The position numbers were made by a program, and so were the translations under genes. Source: Gammaproteobacteria bacterium (GTDB lineage Bacteria > Pseudomonadota > Gammaproteobacteria > JBIOEC01). Taken from it: a DNA stretch of 32,000 nucleotides. Below are positions 16,066-25,789 of the stretch, one piece after another. The stretch is taken from NCBI GenBank assembly GCA_965279305.1, contig OZ257143.1, positions 1,380,001-1,412,000 on the forward strand, given 5' to 3'. Numbering within the stretch: position 1 is the first letter of the stretch; every line of letters begins with the position of its first letter. The notes beneath the pieces are model-generated. The model worked only from the letters and a program-made list of their open reading frames with translations, ran no database searches and was not told where the DNA came from.

Positions 16066-17040
16066 ATGTCTACCACTATGCCTTCATCTCTATCCTCTAT
16101 CTCCTTGGACGTTGTTGTGCCTACCGATTATCTGGGCAAGCGTTTAGATCAGGTATTGGCTTTGTTATTTGCTGGATATTCCCGCTCTCAGCTGCAGCGC
16201 TGGGTTGAGGCTGGGTATGTAAAAGTGAATGGTAAGGTTGTAGAGGCTATTCGCTTAAAAATCCAAGGGGGAGAACATATTCAAATAGTAGCTCCCCAAT
16301 TAGAGCAAACAGAATGGCGAGCTGAAGCATTAGAGTTGCCTGTGATTTATGAGGATGAGAGCTTAATTATTGTGAATAAACCGGCTGGTGTAGTCGTGCA
16401 TCCAGCAGCGGGGAATAGAGAAGGCACATTGGTTAATGCTTTGCTGCATCATTATCCTGAATTGGCGGCTCTGCCTAGGGCAGGATTGGTTCATCGTTTA
16501 GATAAAGAGACCACCGGTTTGTTGGTTATTGCACGCACTTTGACTGCTTTTCAGGATTTGGTGCAACAATTACAAGAACGCAAAATAAAGCGTGATTATT
16601 TTTGCATTGTAAAAGGTGAAATTATTAGCGGTGGAACGGTAGATGCGCCTTTAGGCCGACATCCGCGACAACGAACTAAGCGAGCCGTTTTAGCTTCAGG
16701 GAAATCGGCAGTCACGCATTATCGTTTATTAAAACGCTTAAAACATTTTACGGGCTTACAAGTGAGCTTGGAAACAGGAAGAACTCATCAAATTCGTGTG
16801 CATTTAATGCATTTAGGCTATCCTATCATTGGTGATCCTGTTTATTTTGGTCGTCGTTATATTCCTAAAGGCGCTTCTGATGAATTAAAAGAAGTATTGG
16901 AAAAATGGCATCGCCAAGCTTTACATGCCCAGCATTTAGCACTGATGCATCCCGTGAGTAAAGAAATGGTCGAATGGACGGCGCCTTTACCTGATGATTT
17001 AGCAGAGTTATGGACTGTTTTACAAAAAGAAGATATTTAA
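16066..17040 (+). CDS. rluD: 23S rRNA pseudouridine synthase RluD
   Basis: S4 domain (RLDQVLALLFAGYSRSQLQRWVEAGYVKVNGK) and catalytic motif HRLDKETTGLLVIA; also RTHQIRVH. The track start is GTG 16060; ATG 16066 follows TAAGG by 5 nt. Confidence 0.9.
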   Translation: MSTTMPSSLSSISLDVVVPTDYLGKRLDQVLALLFAGYSRSQLQRWVEAGYVKVNGKVVEAIRLKIQGGEHIQIVAPQLEQTEWRAEALELPVIYEDESLIIVNKPAGVVVHPAAGNREGTLVNALLHHYPELAALPRAGLVHRLDKETTGLLVIARTLTAFQDLVQQLQERKIKRDYFCIVKGEIISGGTVDAPLGRHPRQRTKRAVLASGKSAVTHYRLLKRLKHFTGLQVSLETGRTHQIRVHLMHLGYPIIGDPVYFGRRYIPKGASDELKEVLEKWHRQALHAQHLALMHPVSKEMVEWTAPLPDDLAELWTVLQKEDI

Positions 17041-17044
17041 AAGA

Positions 17045-17803
17045 ATGGAAATAATTAACAACGGATCTATTATTATTCCTGATTGGCCTGCGCCTACAAA
17101 TGTGAAAGCCTATTCAACTACTCGTTTAGGTGGTTTTAGTTCTGCTCCGTATGAAAGTTTTAATCTAGGAGATCATGTGGGTGATGATACTCATAATGTG
17201 CAACAAAACCGATCGCATTTAAAAAAAATTCTTTCATTACCTGCAGAGCCTTTATGGCTTAATCAAGTGCATGGAACTGATATTTTAAATCTCGATCAAC
17301 CTGAAATTGCTTCTTTTTCTGCTGATGGAAGCAGAGCAACACAATCTGGAAAAATTTGCACGATAATGACAGCAGATTGCTTGCCTGTTTTATTATGTGA
17401 TCGCAATGGAACTTGTGTAGAGGCTTTACATGCCGGATGGCGCGGTTTAGCTGCTGGTATTTTGCAAAAAGGTGTAGCGATGTTACCTGCAGAACCCAAT
17501 GAATTAATGGCATGGTTAGGGCCATGTATTAGTGCTTATCACTATGAAGTGGGTGACGAAGTGCGACAAGCGTTTGCTAATAAAGAAATGATTGCGCATC
17601 AAAGTTTTAGACCTTCTGAAAAAAAAGGCCACTGGTATATGGATATGTATGTATTAGCGCGATTATTTTTAGAAGGAGCAGGGCTAAATAGAAATTCTAT
17701 TTATGGTGGAGGATTTTGTACTTTTAAAGATCCTGAGCGTTTTTATTCTTACCGACGAGACGGCAAAACCGGCCGTATGACCTCTCTTATTTGCCTAGAA
17801 TAG
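17045..17803 (+). CDS. pgeF: PgeF/YfiH family (DUF152) purine nucleoside phosphorylase / laccase-domain protein
   Basis: Motifs TADCLPVLL, HAGWRG, CTFKDPERFYSYRRDGKTGR. Conserved position after rluD. Confidence 0.85.
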   Translation: MEIINNGSIIIPDWPAPTNVKAYSTTRLGGFSSAPYESFNLGDHVGDDTHNVQQNRSHLKKILSLPAEPLWLNQVHGTDILNLDQPEIASFSADGSRATQSGKICTIMTADCLPVLLCDRNGTCVEALHAGWRGLAAGILQKGVAMLPAEPNELMAWLGPCISAYHYEVGDEVRQAFANKEMIAHQSFRPSEKKGHWYMDMYVLARLFLEGAGLNRNSIYGGGFCTFKDPERFYSYRRDGKTGRMTSLICLE

Positions 17804-18428
17804 TTTTCGGGGTGAAAGGGCAGAGATCTTCTACTATGCAGGCATAGCATTTAGGTTTTCGTGCAATGCAGGTATATCGGCCGTGCAAAATCAACCAATG
17901 ATGTGCATTTCTTTTAAATTCTTCAGGCACTACTTTTAATAATTTAAGTTCTACTTCTAGCGGTGTTTTTCCGGGTGCTAATTGGGTTCTATTGGATACT
18001 CGAAAAATATGAGTATCGACTGCCATAGTAGATTCACCAAATGCTGTATTTAATACTACATTTGCGGTTTTTCTGCCAACACCAGGCAAGGCTTCTAATG
18101 ATTTTCTGTCTGCAGGTACTTCACCGTGATGTTGATTTAATAAAATTTCACAGGTTTTAATAACATTTTTTGCTTTAGTATTAAAAAAATTAATGCTTTT
18201 GATATGGGTTTTTAATTTTTCTTCACCTAAGTCAAAAATTTCTTTAGGGGTATTCGCTTCTTTAAATAATACTTTTGTGGCTTTGTTTACGCCTACATCG
18301 GTAGCTTGAGCGGATAGCATCACTGCAATTAATAATTCAAAAGGAGAGTGATATATTAATTCTGTGGTGGGTTCAGGGTTTTGCGCTTTCAGGCGCTCAA
18401 AAAATAAGTGGATATTTTTAGGTATCAT
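17787..18428 (-). CDS. nth: Endonuclease III
   Basis: HhH motif LPGVGRKTANVVL, VDTHIFRV, and the 4Fe-4S cluster loop CIARKPKCYACIVEDLC. Confidence 0.92.
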   Translation of the reverse strand: MIPKNIHLFFERLKAQNPEPTTELIYHSPFELLIAVMLSAQATDVGVNKATKVLFKEANTPKEIFDLGEEKLKTHIKSINFFNTKAKNVIKTCEILLNQHHGEVPADRKSLEALPGVGRKTANVVLNTAFGESTMAVDTHIFRVSNRTQLAPGKTPLEVELKLLKVVPEEFKRNAHHWLILHGRYTCIARKPKCYACIVEDLCPFTPKTILGK

Positions 18429-19020
18429 GATGATTTATCCAATACTGGTCGAAGGTAACGCCTTTATTTGCAAATAAAGTCACAAGCTGGATGAGTGGTA
18501 AACCAACAAGTGCATTTAAATCGCGGCTAGAAAAGCGCTCCACTAAGGTAATGCCTCGATTTTCTACTTTAAAGCTGCCGGCGCAATCAAACGGTTTTTC
18601 GGTTTGGATATAGTGTTTAATAAATTCAGGTGAAAGAGGGCGCAGATACGCGCTCACTATTTCTACTTTGCACTCATAAGAATTATCAGCGGTATTGAGT
18701 AAACAGAGCCCTGTAATAAATCGTACCTTTTGACCGCTCATATGGCTTAATTGCTCAAATGCCCTCTCTGGGGTATGAGATTTAGTCAAAACTTGGCCTT
18801 TACAGACGGCTACTTGGTCTGAGCCTATCACCCAACTAGGCGTTTTGGGATGGATAGCCTGGGCCTTTTCTAGGGCTAAGCGCAATACCAGACGTACCGG
18901 CGACTCACCTTTTTTTTCAGTTTCATCAATATTAGGCGCTTGGGAACTAAAAGGAATCCCTACTTTTTTAAGCAGCTCCTGCCTATAAGGTGAGCTAGAA
19001 GCTAAAATAATCGGCTGCAT
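18418..19020 (-). CDS. maf: Maf-like nucleoside triphosphate pyrophosphatase (YceF-type by position)
   Basis: N-terminal ILASSSPYRQELLKKVGIPF, plus GSDQV and AGSFKVE motifs. Divergent from rpmF as in E. coli yceF. Confidence 0.85.
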   Translation of the reverse strand: MQPIILASSSPYRQELLKKVGIPFSSQAPNIDETEKKGESPVRLVLRLALEKAQAIHPKTPSWVIGSDQVAVCKGQVLTKSHTPERAFEQLSHMSGQKVRFITGLCLLNTADNSYECKVEIVSAYLRPLSPEFIKHYIQTEKPFDCAGSFKVENRGITLVERFSSRDLNALVGLPLIQLVTLFANKGVTFDQYWINHHDT

Positions 19021-19046
19021 AATAGTAAATCTTGTATAAATAAAGA

Positions 19047-19156
19047 GCTTTAGCAGGCTCAGGGTGTATTTTGCAGCGACTAGCTATCAGGATGATAGCG
19101 GGATGCGCCAGGGATGGTGCGCGGAGCGAAAAAATACACCCTGAGCCTGCTAAAGC
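19047..19156. repeat. 110-bp palindromic element: perfect 26-bp terminal inverted repeats flanking a 58-bp GC-rich structured core (MITE/REP-like or structured RNA)
   Basis: Left arm gctttagcaggctcagggtgtatttt (19047-19072) is the exact reverse complement of the right arm aaaatacaccctgagcctgctaaagc (19131-19156). The core contains the sub-hairpin ctatca-gga-tgatag and gcgcca/tggtgcgc. Located between divergent maf and rpmF. Confidence 0.85.
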
Positions 19157-19172
19157 CCCTCCTTTTTGCACT

Positions 19173-19201
19173 TTGACAGAGGGCTTAGTTAACGTTATCA
19201 T
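19173..19201 (+). promoter_or_regulatory. Putative sigma70 promoter of the rpmF-plsX-fab operon
   Basis: -35 TTGACA (19173-19178), 17-nt spacer, -10 TATCAT (19196-19201), about 35 nt upstream of the rpmF ATG. Sequence match only. Confidence 0.5.
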
Positions 19202-19236
19202 ATGTGAGCTATTTTAGCATATTCAGGAGATTCATT

Positions 19237-19437
19237 ATGGCAGTTCCTAAGCGCCGTACGACCCGTTCCCGCCGTGGTATGCGTCGTGCGCATGATAGTT
19301 TGAGCAATCCAACACTTTCTACCGATAAAGTAACCGGTGAAGTGCATCGTCGTCACCATATGACCGCTACGGGATATTACCGTGGTCGCCAAGTGGTTAG
19401 TGTAGCCGTTGAAGAAATTCACTCTGCAGAAGAATAA
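19237..19437 (+). CDS. rpmF: 50S ribosomal protein L32
   Basis: [22 protein letters not shown]...[16 protein letters not shown] at 19224-19229. The track start (GTG 19204) is too far upstream. Has a ~9-aa acidic C-terminal extension relative to E. coli L32. Confidence 0.95.
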   Translation: MAVPKRRTTRSRRGMRRAHDSLSNPTLSTDKVTGEVHRRHHMTATGYYRGRQVVSVAVEEIHSAEE

Positions 19438-19442
19438 AACGA

Positions 19443-20486
19443 TTGAACACAATACAAATTGCATTCGATGTTATGGGTGGTGATGTCGGCCTCAGCGCAA
19501 CCATACCAGCCGCATTGGATAGATTGAAGCGTTATCCCCATTTGCATTTGGTATTGGTAGGGGATGAGCCGGGTATTCGGGCTCATATGGACGCTCATTA
19601 TGCCCAAGCCGCTGCACTTTGTGCTGATCGCTGGACAATTCATCATGCCCCCGAGAAGGTAGACATGGACGAAATGCCTTCGCATGCCCTGCGAAAAAAG
19701 CGTAACTCCTCCATGCGTTATGCCCTGGACCTTGTAAAAGAAGGCTCCGTCCAAGCCTGCATTAGCGCCGGTAATACCGGAGCCCTAATGGCCATGGCTC
19801 GCTTTGTACTTAAAACTGTTTCTGGAATTGACCGACCTGCTATTGCAGGTGCATTACCCACCTCAAAAGGTGAATGTTTGATGCTAGATTTAGGTGCCAA
19901 TGTGGACTGCCAGGCAGAGCATTTGGTTCAGTTTGCGGTGATGGGCTCTGTGCTTGCTTCTGCGGCCTATGGCATAGAAAAGCCCACCGTGGCCTTGCTG
20001 AATATAGGGGTAGAGCAAATTAAAGGAAACCTTCAAGTAAAAGCCGCCGCTCAGTATTTACAACAGATTTCTTCTATCAACTATATCGGCTTTATTGAAG
20101 GCGATGGTATTTACGCTGGCAATGCTGATGTTGTGATTTGCGATGGTTTTGTGGGCAATGTGGCATTAAAAACCAGCGAAGGTTTGGCAAAAATGCTGAT
20201 TGATCAAATTAAAAAGAAAGTACACTCTAACTGGTTAAATCGTTTAACCGCTATAATGGCAAGACCCATGTTACGTGCTTTAGCGGAAGAAATGGATCCT
20301 AAGCGTTATAATGGTGCTTCTTTATTAGGTTTACGCGGCATTGTGGTGAAAAGCCATGGTGGTGCTGATGAAATCGCTTTAGGTTATGCGATTGATGAAT
20401 GTGTAAAAGAAGTGGAACATAATGTTCCTAAATTAGTAGAAGAAAAAATTGCTTATTTAATGGAAGAAATGTCTTTAGTTATATGA
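19443..20486 (+). CDS. plsX: Phosphate acyltransferase PlsX
   Basis: FDVMGGD, GNTGALMA and DGFVGNVALKT motifs. TTG start at 19443, 5 nt after the rpmF stop. Confidence 0.92.
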   Translation: MNTIQIAFDVMGGDVGLSATIPAALDRLKRYPHLHLVLVGDEPGIRAHMDAHYAQAAALCADRWTIHHAPEKVDMDEMPSHALRKKRNSSMRYALDLVKEGSVQACISAGNTGALMAMARFVLKTVSGIDRPAIAGALPTSKGECLMLDLGANVDCQAEHLVQFAVMGSVLASAAYGIEKPTVALLNIGVEQIKGNLQVKAAAQYLQQISSINYIGFIEGDGIYAGNADVVICDGFVGNVALKTSEGLAKMLIDQIKKKVHSNWLNRLTAIMARPMLRALAEEMDPKRYNGASLLGLRGIVVKSHGGADEIALGYAIDECVKEVEHNVPKLVEEKIAYLMEEMSLVI

Positions 20487-21433
20487 AACACGTCACTATC
20501 TCTGGAACAGGAAGTTACTTACCCTCAAAACGTGTCAGCAATGAAGATCTTGCAGAGCGTTTAGATACATCTGATGAGTGGATATTTAGCCGCACAGGTA
20601 TTCGCGCTAGACGAGTGGTATCTGATGATGAAACCACGAGTAGTATGGCTATTGCTGCTGGAAAGCGCGCGCTCGAAGATGCTAAATTAAAACCTGAAGA
20701 TATTGATATGGTGATTGTAGGTACCTGCACACCGGATCGTATGTTTCCTAGCACGGCGTGTTTAGTTCAAAATGCTTTGGGTATTCGTCCTGTTCCTTCT
20801 TTCGATGTGCTCGCTGCGTGTTCAGGTTTTGTTTATATTTTAGATATTGCTTATCAATATATTCGAAATGGTGCGGCTAAAAATATTTTAATTATTGGAT
20901 CCGAAGTCATGTCACGCACATTAGATTGGAACGATAGAAGCACTTGTGTTTTATTTGGTGATGGTGCGGGCGCTATGGTATTGAGTGAGGCAGAAAAAAC
21001 AGGCGTGATGTGGACTCAGCTGGGAGCAGATGGATGTTACCAAGACTTTTTATCATTACCCAATGCACTTTTTGAAAATACAAATAAACATGTGCAGATG
21101 GCAGGCTCAGAAGTGTATAAAGTTGCTGTTAGAACATTAGAAGATATTGTGCACAAAGCCATGTTAGAAAATAATTTAGAGAAAGGACAGATTGATTGGT
21201 TAATTCCACATCAAGCGAATGTTCGTATTATTCAAGCAGTTGCTAAACGTTTAGGTATTTCAATGGAGCAAGTGGTGCTTACGATTGAAGAGCAAGCCAA
21301 TACCTCTGCTGCTTCTATTCCACTGGCATTGGATGAAGCAATCCGTGATGGCCGTGTTAAACGTGGGCAATTATTATTATTAGAAGCATTTGGCGGCGGT
21401 TTTACCTGGGGCGCTGCTTTAATTAAATATTAG
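20483..21433 (+). CDS. fabH: 3-oxoacyl-ACP synthase III
   Basis: Active-site ACSGFVY, HQAN and NTSAAS. ATGA overlap with the plsX stop. Confidence 0.93.
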   Translation: MKHVTISGTGSYLPSKRVSNEDLAERLDTSDEWIFSRTGIRARRVVSDDETTSSMAIAAGKRALEDAKLKPEDIDMVIVGTCTPDRMFPSTACLVQNALGIRPVPSFDVLAACSGFVYILDIAYQYIRNGAAKNILIIGSEVMSRTLDWNDRSTCVLFGDGAGAMVLSEAEKTGVMWTQLGADGCYQDFLSLPNALFENTNKHVQMAGSEVYKVAVRTLEDIVHKAMLENNLEKGQIDWLIPHQANVRIIQAVAKRLGISMEQVVLTIEEQANTSAASIPLALDEAIRDGRVKRGQLLLLEAFGGGFTWGAALIKY

Positions 21434-21451
21434 AGTGAAGGAAATAAGAAA

Positions 21452-22390
21452 ATGAGTACATTAAGTAATATACAAGCGGTTGTTTTTCCTGGACAGGGTT
21501 CTCAATCGGTTGGCATGCTTTCAGATATTGCTGCTGAATTTCCTGTGGTAAAAGACACATTTTCTGAAGCATCTTCTCATTTAGGATATGATTTATGGGA
21601 GTTGGTATCAAACGGTCCTGCTGAAAAATTAAATTCAACGGTGCATACACAGCCTGCGGTTTTAACTGCGAGTATTGCACTGTGGCGTGTTTTAAATGCA
21701 CATCATGCTTTAAAACCTAAATTTGTTGCTGGGCATAGTTTAGGCGAATATTCTGCGCTAGTGGCAGCAGGTGCTTTGGAATTTTCAGATGCGGTAAAAA
21801 TTGTGTCAGCACGTGGTCGTTTTATGCAAGAAGCGGTGGTTCCTGGAGCTGGTGCGATGGCTGCGATTGTGGGCTTAAATGCTGAACAAGTGAAAAGTAT
21901 TTGTGAAGAAGTAGCACAGCAAGAAGAAGTGTCTGCAGTTAATTTTAATGCGCCTGATCAAGTAGTGATTGCAGGACATGCGCCCGCAGTTGAACGTGCT
22001 TGTCTTGTATGTAAGGCACAAGGCGCAAAATTAGCGCTAATGTTGCCAGTGAGTGTGCCTGCTCATTGCGAATTAATGCGTCCTGCTGCAGAGAGATTAG
22101 CCGAATTATTACAAACCATTCATATAAAACAAGCTCATTTATCTGTGATTAATAATGTGGATGTGACAGTAGAGCACGATCCTATGGTTATTCGTGAAGC
22201 ATTAGTTCGTCAATTGTATTCACCTGTTAGATGGGTAGAAACAATTGAGAAATTAGCAGAAAAAGACGTTACTGTGGCATTAGAATGTGGACCAGGCAGA
22301 GTATTATCAGGTTTAATGAAACGCACTAATTCTGCTATTGCATGTGCAACCACACAAGATTTAGCCGCATTGCATAAAGTATTAAGCTAA
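21452..22390 (+). CDS. fabD: Malonyl-CoA:ACP transacylase
   Basis: FPGQGSQ and GHSLGEYSAL motifs. Confidence 0.95.
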   Translation: MSTLSNIQAVVFPGQGSQSVGMLSDIAAEFPVVKDTFSEASSHLGYDLWELVSNGPAEKLNSTVHTQPAVLTASIALWRVLNAHHALKPKFVAGHSLGEYSALVAAGALEFSDAVKIVSARGRFMQEAVVPGAGAMAAIVGLNAEQVKSICEEVAQQEEVSAVNFNAPDQVVIAGHAPAVERACLVCKAQGAKLALMLPVSVPAHCELMRPAAERLAELLQTIHIKQAHLSVINNVDVTVEHDPMVIREALVRQLYSPVRWVETIEKLAEKDVTVALECGPGRVLSGLMKRTNSAIACATTQDLAALHKVLS

Positions 22391-22408
22391 AGATTTAAGG
22401 AAAATAAA

Positions 22409-23152
22409 ATGACAACACCAAAAATAGTATTAATTAGCGGAGCAAGTCGCGGAATTGGTTGGGCAGTGGCTGAATATTTTTGCTCGCCTGAATACATTGT
22501 TGTAGGAACAGGATCGAACGAAGCCAGCGCTAATAAAATTACTGAGCAATTAAAAACTAAAAACCAAGCCGGTTTAGGTTTGGTGATGAATGTTACGGAT
22601 CAATCTACGATTGATGCTACATTAGAAACCATTAAATCCACTTTTGGTGCTACACCTTCTATTTTGGTGAATAATGCGGGAATTACGCAAGATAATTTAA
22701 TGTTGCGTATGAAAGAAGCGGAATGGGAAAATGTGATTAACACCAATTTAAACGGTGTTTTTCGTTTGACCAAAGCGTGTTTACGCGGCATGTTAAAAGC
22801 CGAATGGGGCCGCATAATTTCTGTAGGATCTATTTCAGGCGTTATGGGTAATGCAGGGCAATGTAATTATGCTGCATCTAAAGCCGCTGTGATTGGTTTT
22901 AGTAAATCATTAGCTCGCGAAGTGGCGAGCCGAAATATTACCGTTAATGTGGTGGCACCCGGATTTGTATGTACCGATATGACGGCGAATTTGCCAGAAG
23001 CTCATGTTCAAGCCATGTTGCAATTTACGCCTATAGCGCGGTTTGCTGAGCCGGCTGAGATTGCCGCGGCGGTAGGGTTTTTAGCATCTGATTTAGCTGG
23101 CTACATTACTGGCGAGACCCTGAATATTAATGGCGGAATGTATATGCAGTAG
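22409..23152 (+). CDS. fabG: 3-oxoacyl-ACP reductase
   Basis: SDR with GASRGIG, NNAG and YAASKAA; position in the fab cluster. Confidence 0.9.
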   Translation: MTTPKIVLISGASRGIGWAVAEYFCSPEYIVVGTGSNEASANKITEQLKTKNQAGLGLVMNVTDQSTIDATLETIKSTFGATPSILVNNAGITQDNLMLRMKEAEWENVINTNLNGVFRLTKACLRGMLKAEWGRIISVGSISGVMGNAGQCNYAASKAAVIGFSKSLAREVASRNITVNVVAPGFVCTDMTANLPEAHVQAMLQFTPIARFAEPAEIAAAVGFLASDLAGYITGETLNINGGMYMQ

Positions 23153-23157
23153 TGGGC

Positions 23158-23186
23158 TTGGTATGGGTGGTGGGGTTTGGTATAAT
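23158..23186 (+). promoter_or_regulatory. Putative acpP promoter with extended -10
   Basis: -35 TTGGTA (23158-23163), 17-nt spacer, TGgTATAAT (23178-23186). AAGGAGAG SD before ATG 23231. Sequence match only. Confidence 0.45.
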
Positions 23187-23230
23187 CTGCCCGTGCCTAT
23201 TTTTTTAATAAAACGAAAGGAGAGACTAGC

Positions 23231-23482
23231 ATGGCTAATCAAGACGTAGCTGAACGGGTAAAGAAGATTATCTGCGAACAGCTGGAAGTGAAAGAAGATG
23301 AAGTAGTGCCTGAAGCATCTTTAATAGATGATTTGCGTGCTGATTCATTAGACGCAGTTGAATTAGTAATGGCTTTAGAAGAAGAATTTGAAATTGAAAT
23401 TCCTGATGATGAAGCTGAAAAAATTCAAACCGTTAAAAATGCTATTGATCATATCAGTGCGCATTTAGAAAAAGGTAAGTAA
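23231..23482 (+). CDS. acpP: Acyl carrier protein
   Basis: [32 protein letters not shown] with the phosphopantetheine Ser in DSLD. Confidence 0.97.
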   Translation: MANQDVAERVKKIICEQLEVKEDEVVPEASLIDDLRADSLDAVELVMALEEEFEIEIPDDEAEKIQTVKNAIDHISAHLEKGK

Positions 23483-23514
23483 TACACCAGAGTAATGACA
23501 GAGAGGCTGAATCT

Positions 23515-24744
23515 ATGAAAGGTCGTCGGGTTGTAATCACAGGTATGGGAATGGTTTCCCCTTTAGGGTTAACGGTTGCTGATACCTGGAAAAAAGTATT
23601 AGCGGGACAAAGCGGCATTCACCGTTTTAAAGATCCTGCTTATGATGATTATCCTGTTCGCTTTGGCGGACTGCTTCTTGATTTTGATCCGGCCTTATAT
23701 CTGTCTAGCAAAGAAGTGCGCAAGTTTGATGCATTTATTCATTACGCGATGGCGGCTTCTATGGAAGCGATTAAAGACTCTGGTATTCAAGTCACCGAAG
23801 AAAACGCTGATCGCATAGGTGTTGCGATCGGCTCGGGTATTGGTGGTATTAACTTTATCGAAGAAATGCATACTGTTTTACTCGAAAAAGGGCCTAAACG
23901 TGTGCTTCCTTCTTTTATTCCAGGTGCGATTTGTAATATGGCTGCCGGTTTAGTATCTGTGCATTACGGATTTCGTGGCCCCAATGTTTGTATTGTCACC
24001 GCATGCACTACCGGTGCACATAACGTGGGTGATGCCGCGCGTATGATTGCTTATGGTGATGCTGATGTAATGATTGCTGGTGGATCTGAAAAATCCAGCA
24101 AATTAGGCGTGGCAGGTTTTGCTGCTTCTCGCGCTTTGTCTACTCGAAATGATGATCCTGAGCATGCTAGCCGCCCTTGGGATAAAGATCGTGATGGGTT
24201 CGTTTTAGCTGAAGGTGCTGGCATATTAGTATTAGAAGAATACGAACATGCTAAGCGTCGTGGCGCACAAATTTATTGTGAAGTAACCGGTTATGGTATG
24301 AGCGCTGATGCGTATCATATTACCTTACCTGAAGGACGTGGCGCGGAAAATGCGATGCGTCATGCATTAAAAGATGCTGATTTAAGCCCTGATAAAGTGC
24401 AACATGTGAACGCCCATGCAACCTCTACGGTAGCAGGCGATGCGACTGAAAGCCAAGCGATTGAAAGAGTATTTGGCGAGCATGCTTTTAAATTAGCCGT
24501 GAGTGGTACTAAATCAATGACTGGCCATATGATTGGTGCAGTGGGAACGGTAGAAGTTATTTTCTCTGCACTTGCTCTTCGCGATCAAGTAGTGCCGCCT
24601 ACTATTAACTTAGTGGAGCCAGGCGAAGGATGTAATCTTGATTATGTTCCAGGTGAAGCAAGACAAATGAAAATAGATGCGGTGATTTCGAATTCATTCG
24701 GTTTTGGTGGTACAAACGCGAGTATTGTTGTACAAAAAATCTAA
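23515..24744 (+). CDS. fabF: 3-oxoacyl-ACP synthase II
   Basis: ACTTGAH (active Cys), NAHATST and GHMIGAVG motifs. 409 aa. Confidence 0.93.
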   Translation: MKGRRVVITGMGMVSPLGLTVADTWKKVLAGQSGIHRFKDPAYDDYPVRFGGLLLDFDPALYLSSKEVRKFDAFIHYAMAASMEAIKDSGIQVTEENADRIGVAIGSGIGGINFIEEMHTVLLEKGPKRVLPSFIPGAICNMAAGLVSVHYGFRGPNVCIVTACTTGAHNVGDAARMIAYGDADVMIAGGSEKSSKLGVAGFAASRALSTRNDDPEHASRPWDKDRDGFVLAEGAGILVLEEYEHAKRRGAQIYCEVTGYGMSADAYHITLPEGRGAENAMRHALKDADLSPDKVQHVNAHATSTVAGDATESQAIERVFGEHAFKLAVSGTKSMTGHMIGAVGTVEVIFSALALRDQVVPPTINLVEPGEGCNLDYVPGEARQMKIDAVISNSFGFGGTNASIVVQKI

Positions 24745-24775
24745 TATTGTCATGACGTCAAACTAAGGACACTTC

Positions 24776-25789
24776 ATGCGCAAACTCCTTCTTATCCTAA
24801 TGAGTATCTGCATGCTGTTAGGAGCAGGATACACATGGAGTGATGAAGCGTTTTTAGAAACTCCTGTCTCTGTAGATGAAGAAGGTCTTGTCTACGAAAT
24901 TGCTCCTAATAAAACTATTGGCCAAGTGGCTAACGAACTCCATGAAAAAGGTGTGATCTCTCATCCAAGATTATTTACCTGGATGGCCAAATTCAAAGGC
25001 AAATCTAACGATTTAAAAGCAGGCGAGTATTTAATTACAGAAGGTACTTCTTCAGAAGATCTACTTGAACAATTTACGACAGGTAGAGTCATACAGCATA
25101 AATTGCGTGTAGGAGAAGGGTGGACATTTTATGAAGTATTGGACGCTGTTAAAAAACAATCTAAATTAACGCATAAAATTACTAGTCGTAATCCTGCTGT
25201 AGTGGCTAAACAACTGGGTATGTCTACTTCGCATCCTGAAGGATGGCTTTTTCCCGATACGTATTATTTTACGAAGGGCACAAGTGATGTGGATGTATTA
25301 AAACGTGCTTATCGAAAAATGCAATTACAATTGGATGAAGAGTGGCTTAAGCGCAGCCCTGAGTTGCCTTATAAAAAACCTTACGATGCATTAATTATGG
25401 CATCCATTATTGAAAGTGAAACAGGACTTTCTGCTGAGCATAAACGGGTGGGCGGTGTTTATGTGCGTCGTTTGAAAAAAAATATGCGCTTACAAGCCGA
25501 TCCCACTGTTGTGTATGGTTTAGGGGAGCATTATGAAGGACCACTAAAACGCTCTAAATTAAAAGTGTATACGCCTTATAATACCTATATGGTCAATGGT
25601 TTACCTCCAACACCTATTTGTATGCCAGGTAAAGCAGCTTTGCATGCGGCTATGCATCCTGCACCGGGTGATGAAATATATTTTGTGGCTACCGGTGAAG
25701 GTGGGCATCAGTTTTCTAAAACATTTGAAGAACATACGGCTGCTGTTGAGCGATATCGTGCATGGCAAGCGAAACAGGAAAAAGAATGA
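24776..25789 (+). CDS. mltG: Endolytic murein transglycosylase MltG (YceG)
   Basis: N-terminal TM segment, ASIIESETG (catalytic Glu), ADPTVVYG, YNTYMVNGLPPTPICMPG. Confidence 0.9.
   Translation: MRKLLLILMSICMLLGAGYTWSDEAFLETPVSVDEEGLVYEIAPNKTIGQVANELHEKGVISHPRLFTWMAKFKGKSNDLKAGEYLITEGTSSEDLLEQFTTGRVIQHKLRVGEGWTFYEVLDAVKKQSKLTHKITSRNPAVVAKQLGMSTSHPEGWLFPDTYYFTKGTSDVDVLKRAYRKMQLQLDEEWLKRSPELPYKKPYDALIMASIIESETGLSAEHKRVGGVYVRRLKKNMRLQADPTVVYGLGEHYEGPLKRSKLKVYTPYNTYMVNGLPPTPICMPGKAALHAAMHPAPGDEIYFVATGEGGHQFSKTFEEHTAAVERYRAWQAKQEKE

Noticed and set aside
19047-19156. The inverted repeat as a CRISPR repeat or an IS element
   Set aside because: There is only one pair of arms in inverted, not direct, orientation, with no spacer periodicity and no cas genes. 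At 110 bp it is too small to encode a transposase.
18995-19754. Minus-strand ORFs 18995-19201, 19198-19464 and 19419-19754
   Set aside because: The first is read through the palindromic element. The others are antisense to the strongly supported rpmF and plsX. No motifs.
24745-24775. tgacgtca 8-bp palindrome in the fabF-mltG spacer as a regulatory site
   Set aside because: It is a short palindrome in a 31-nt spacer that also carries the mltG ribosome-binding site, so it is likely chance.
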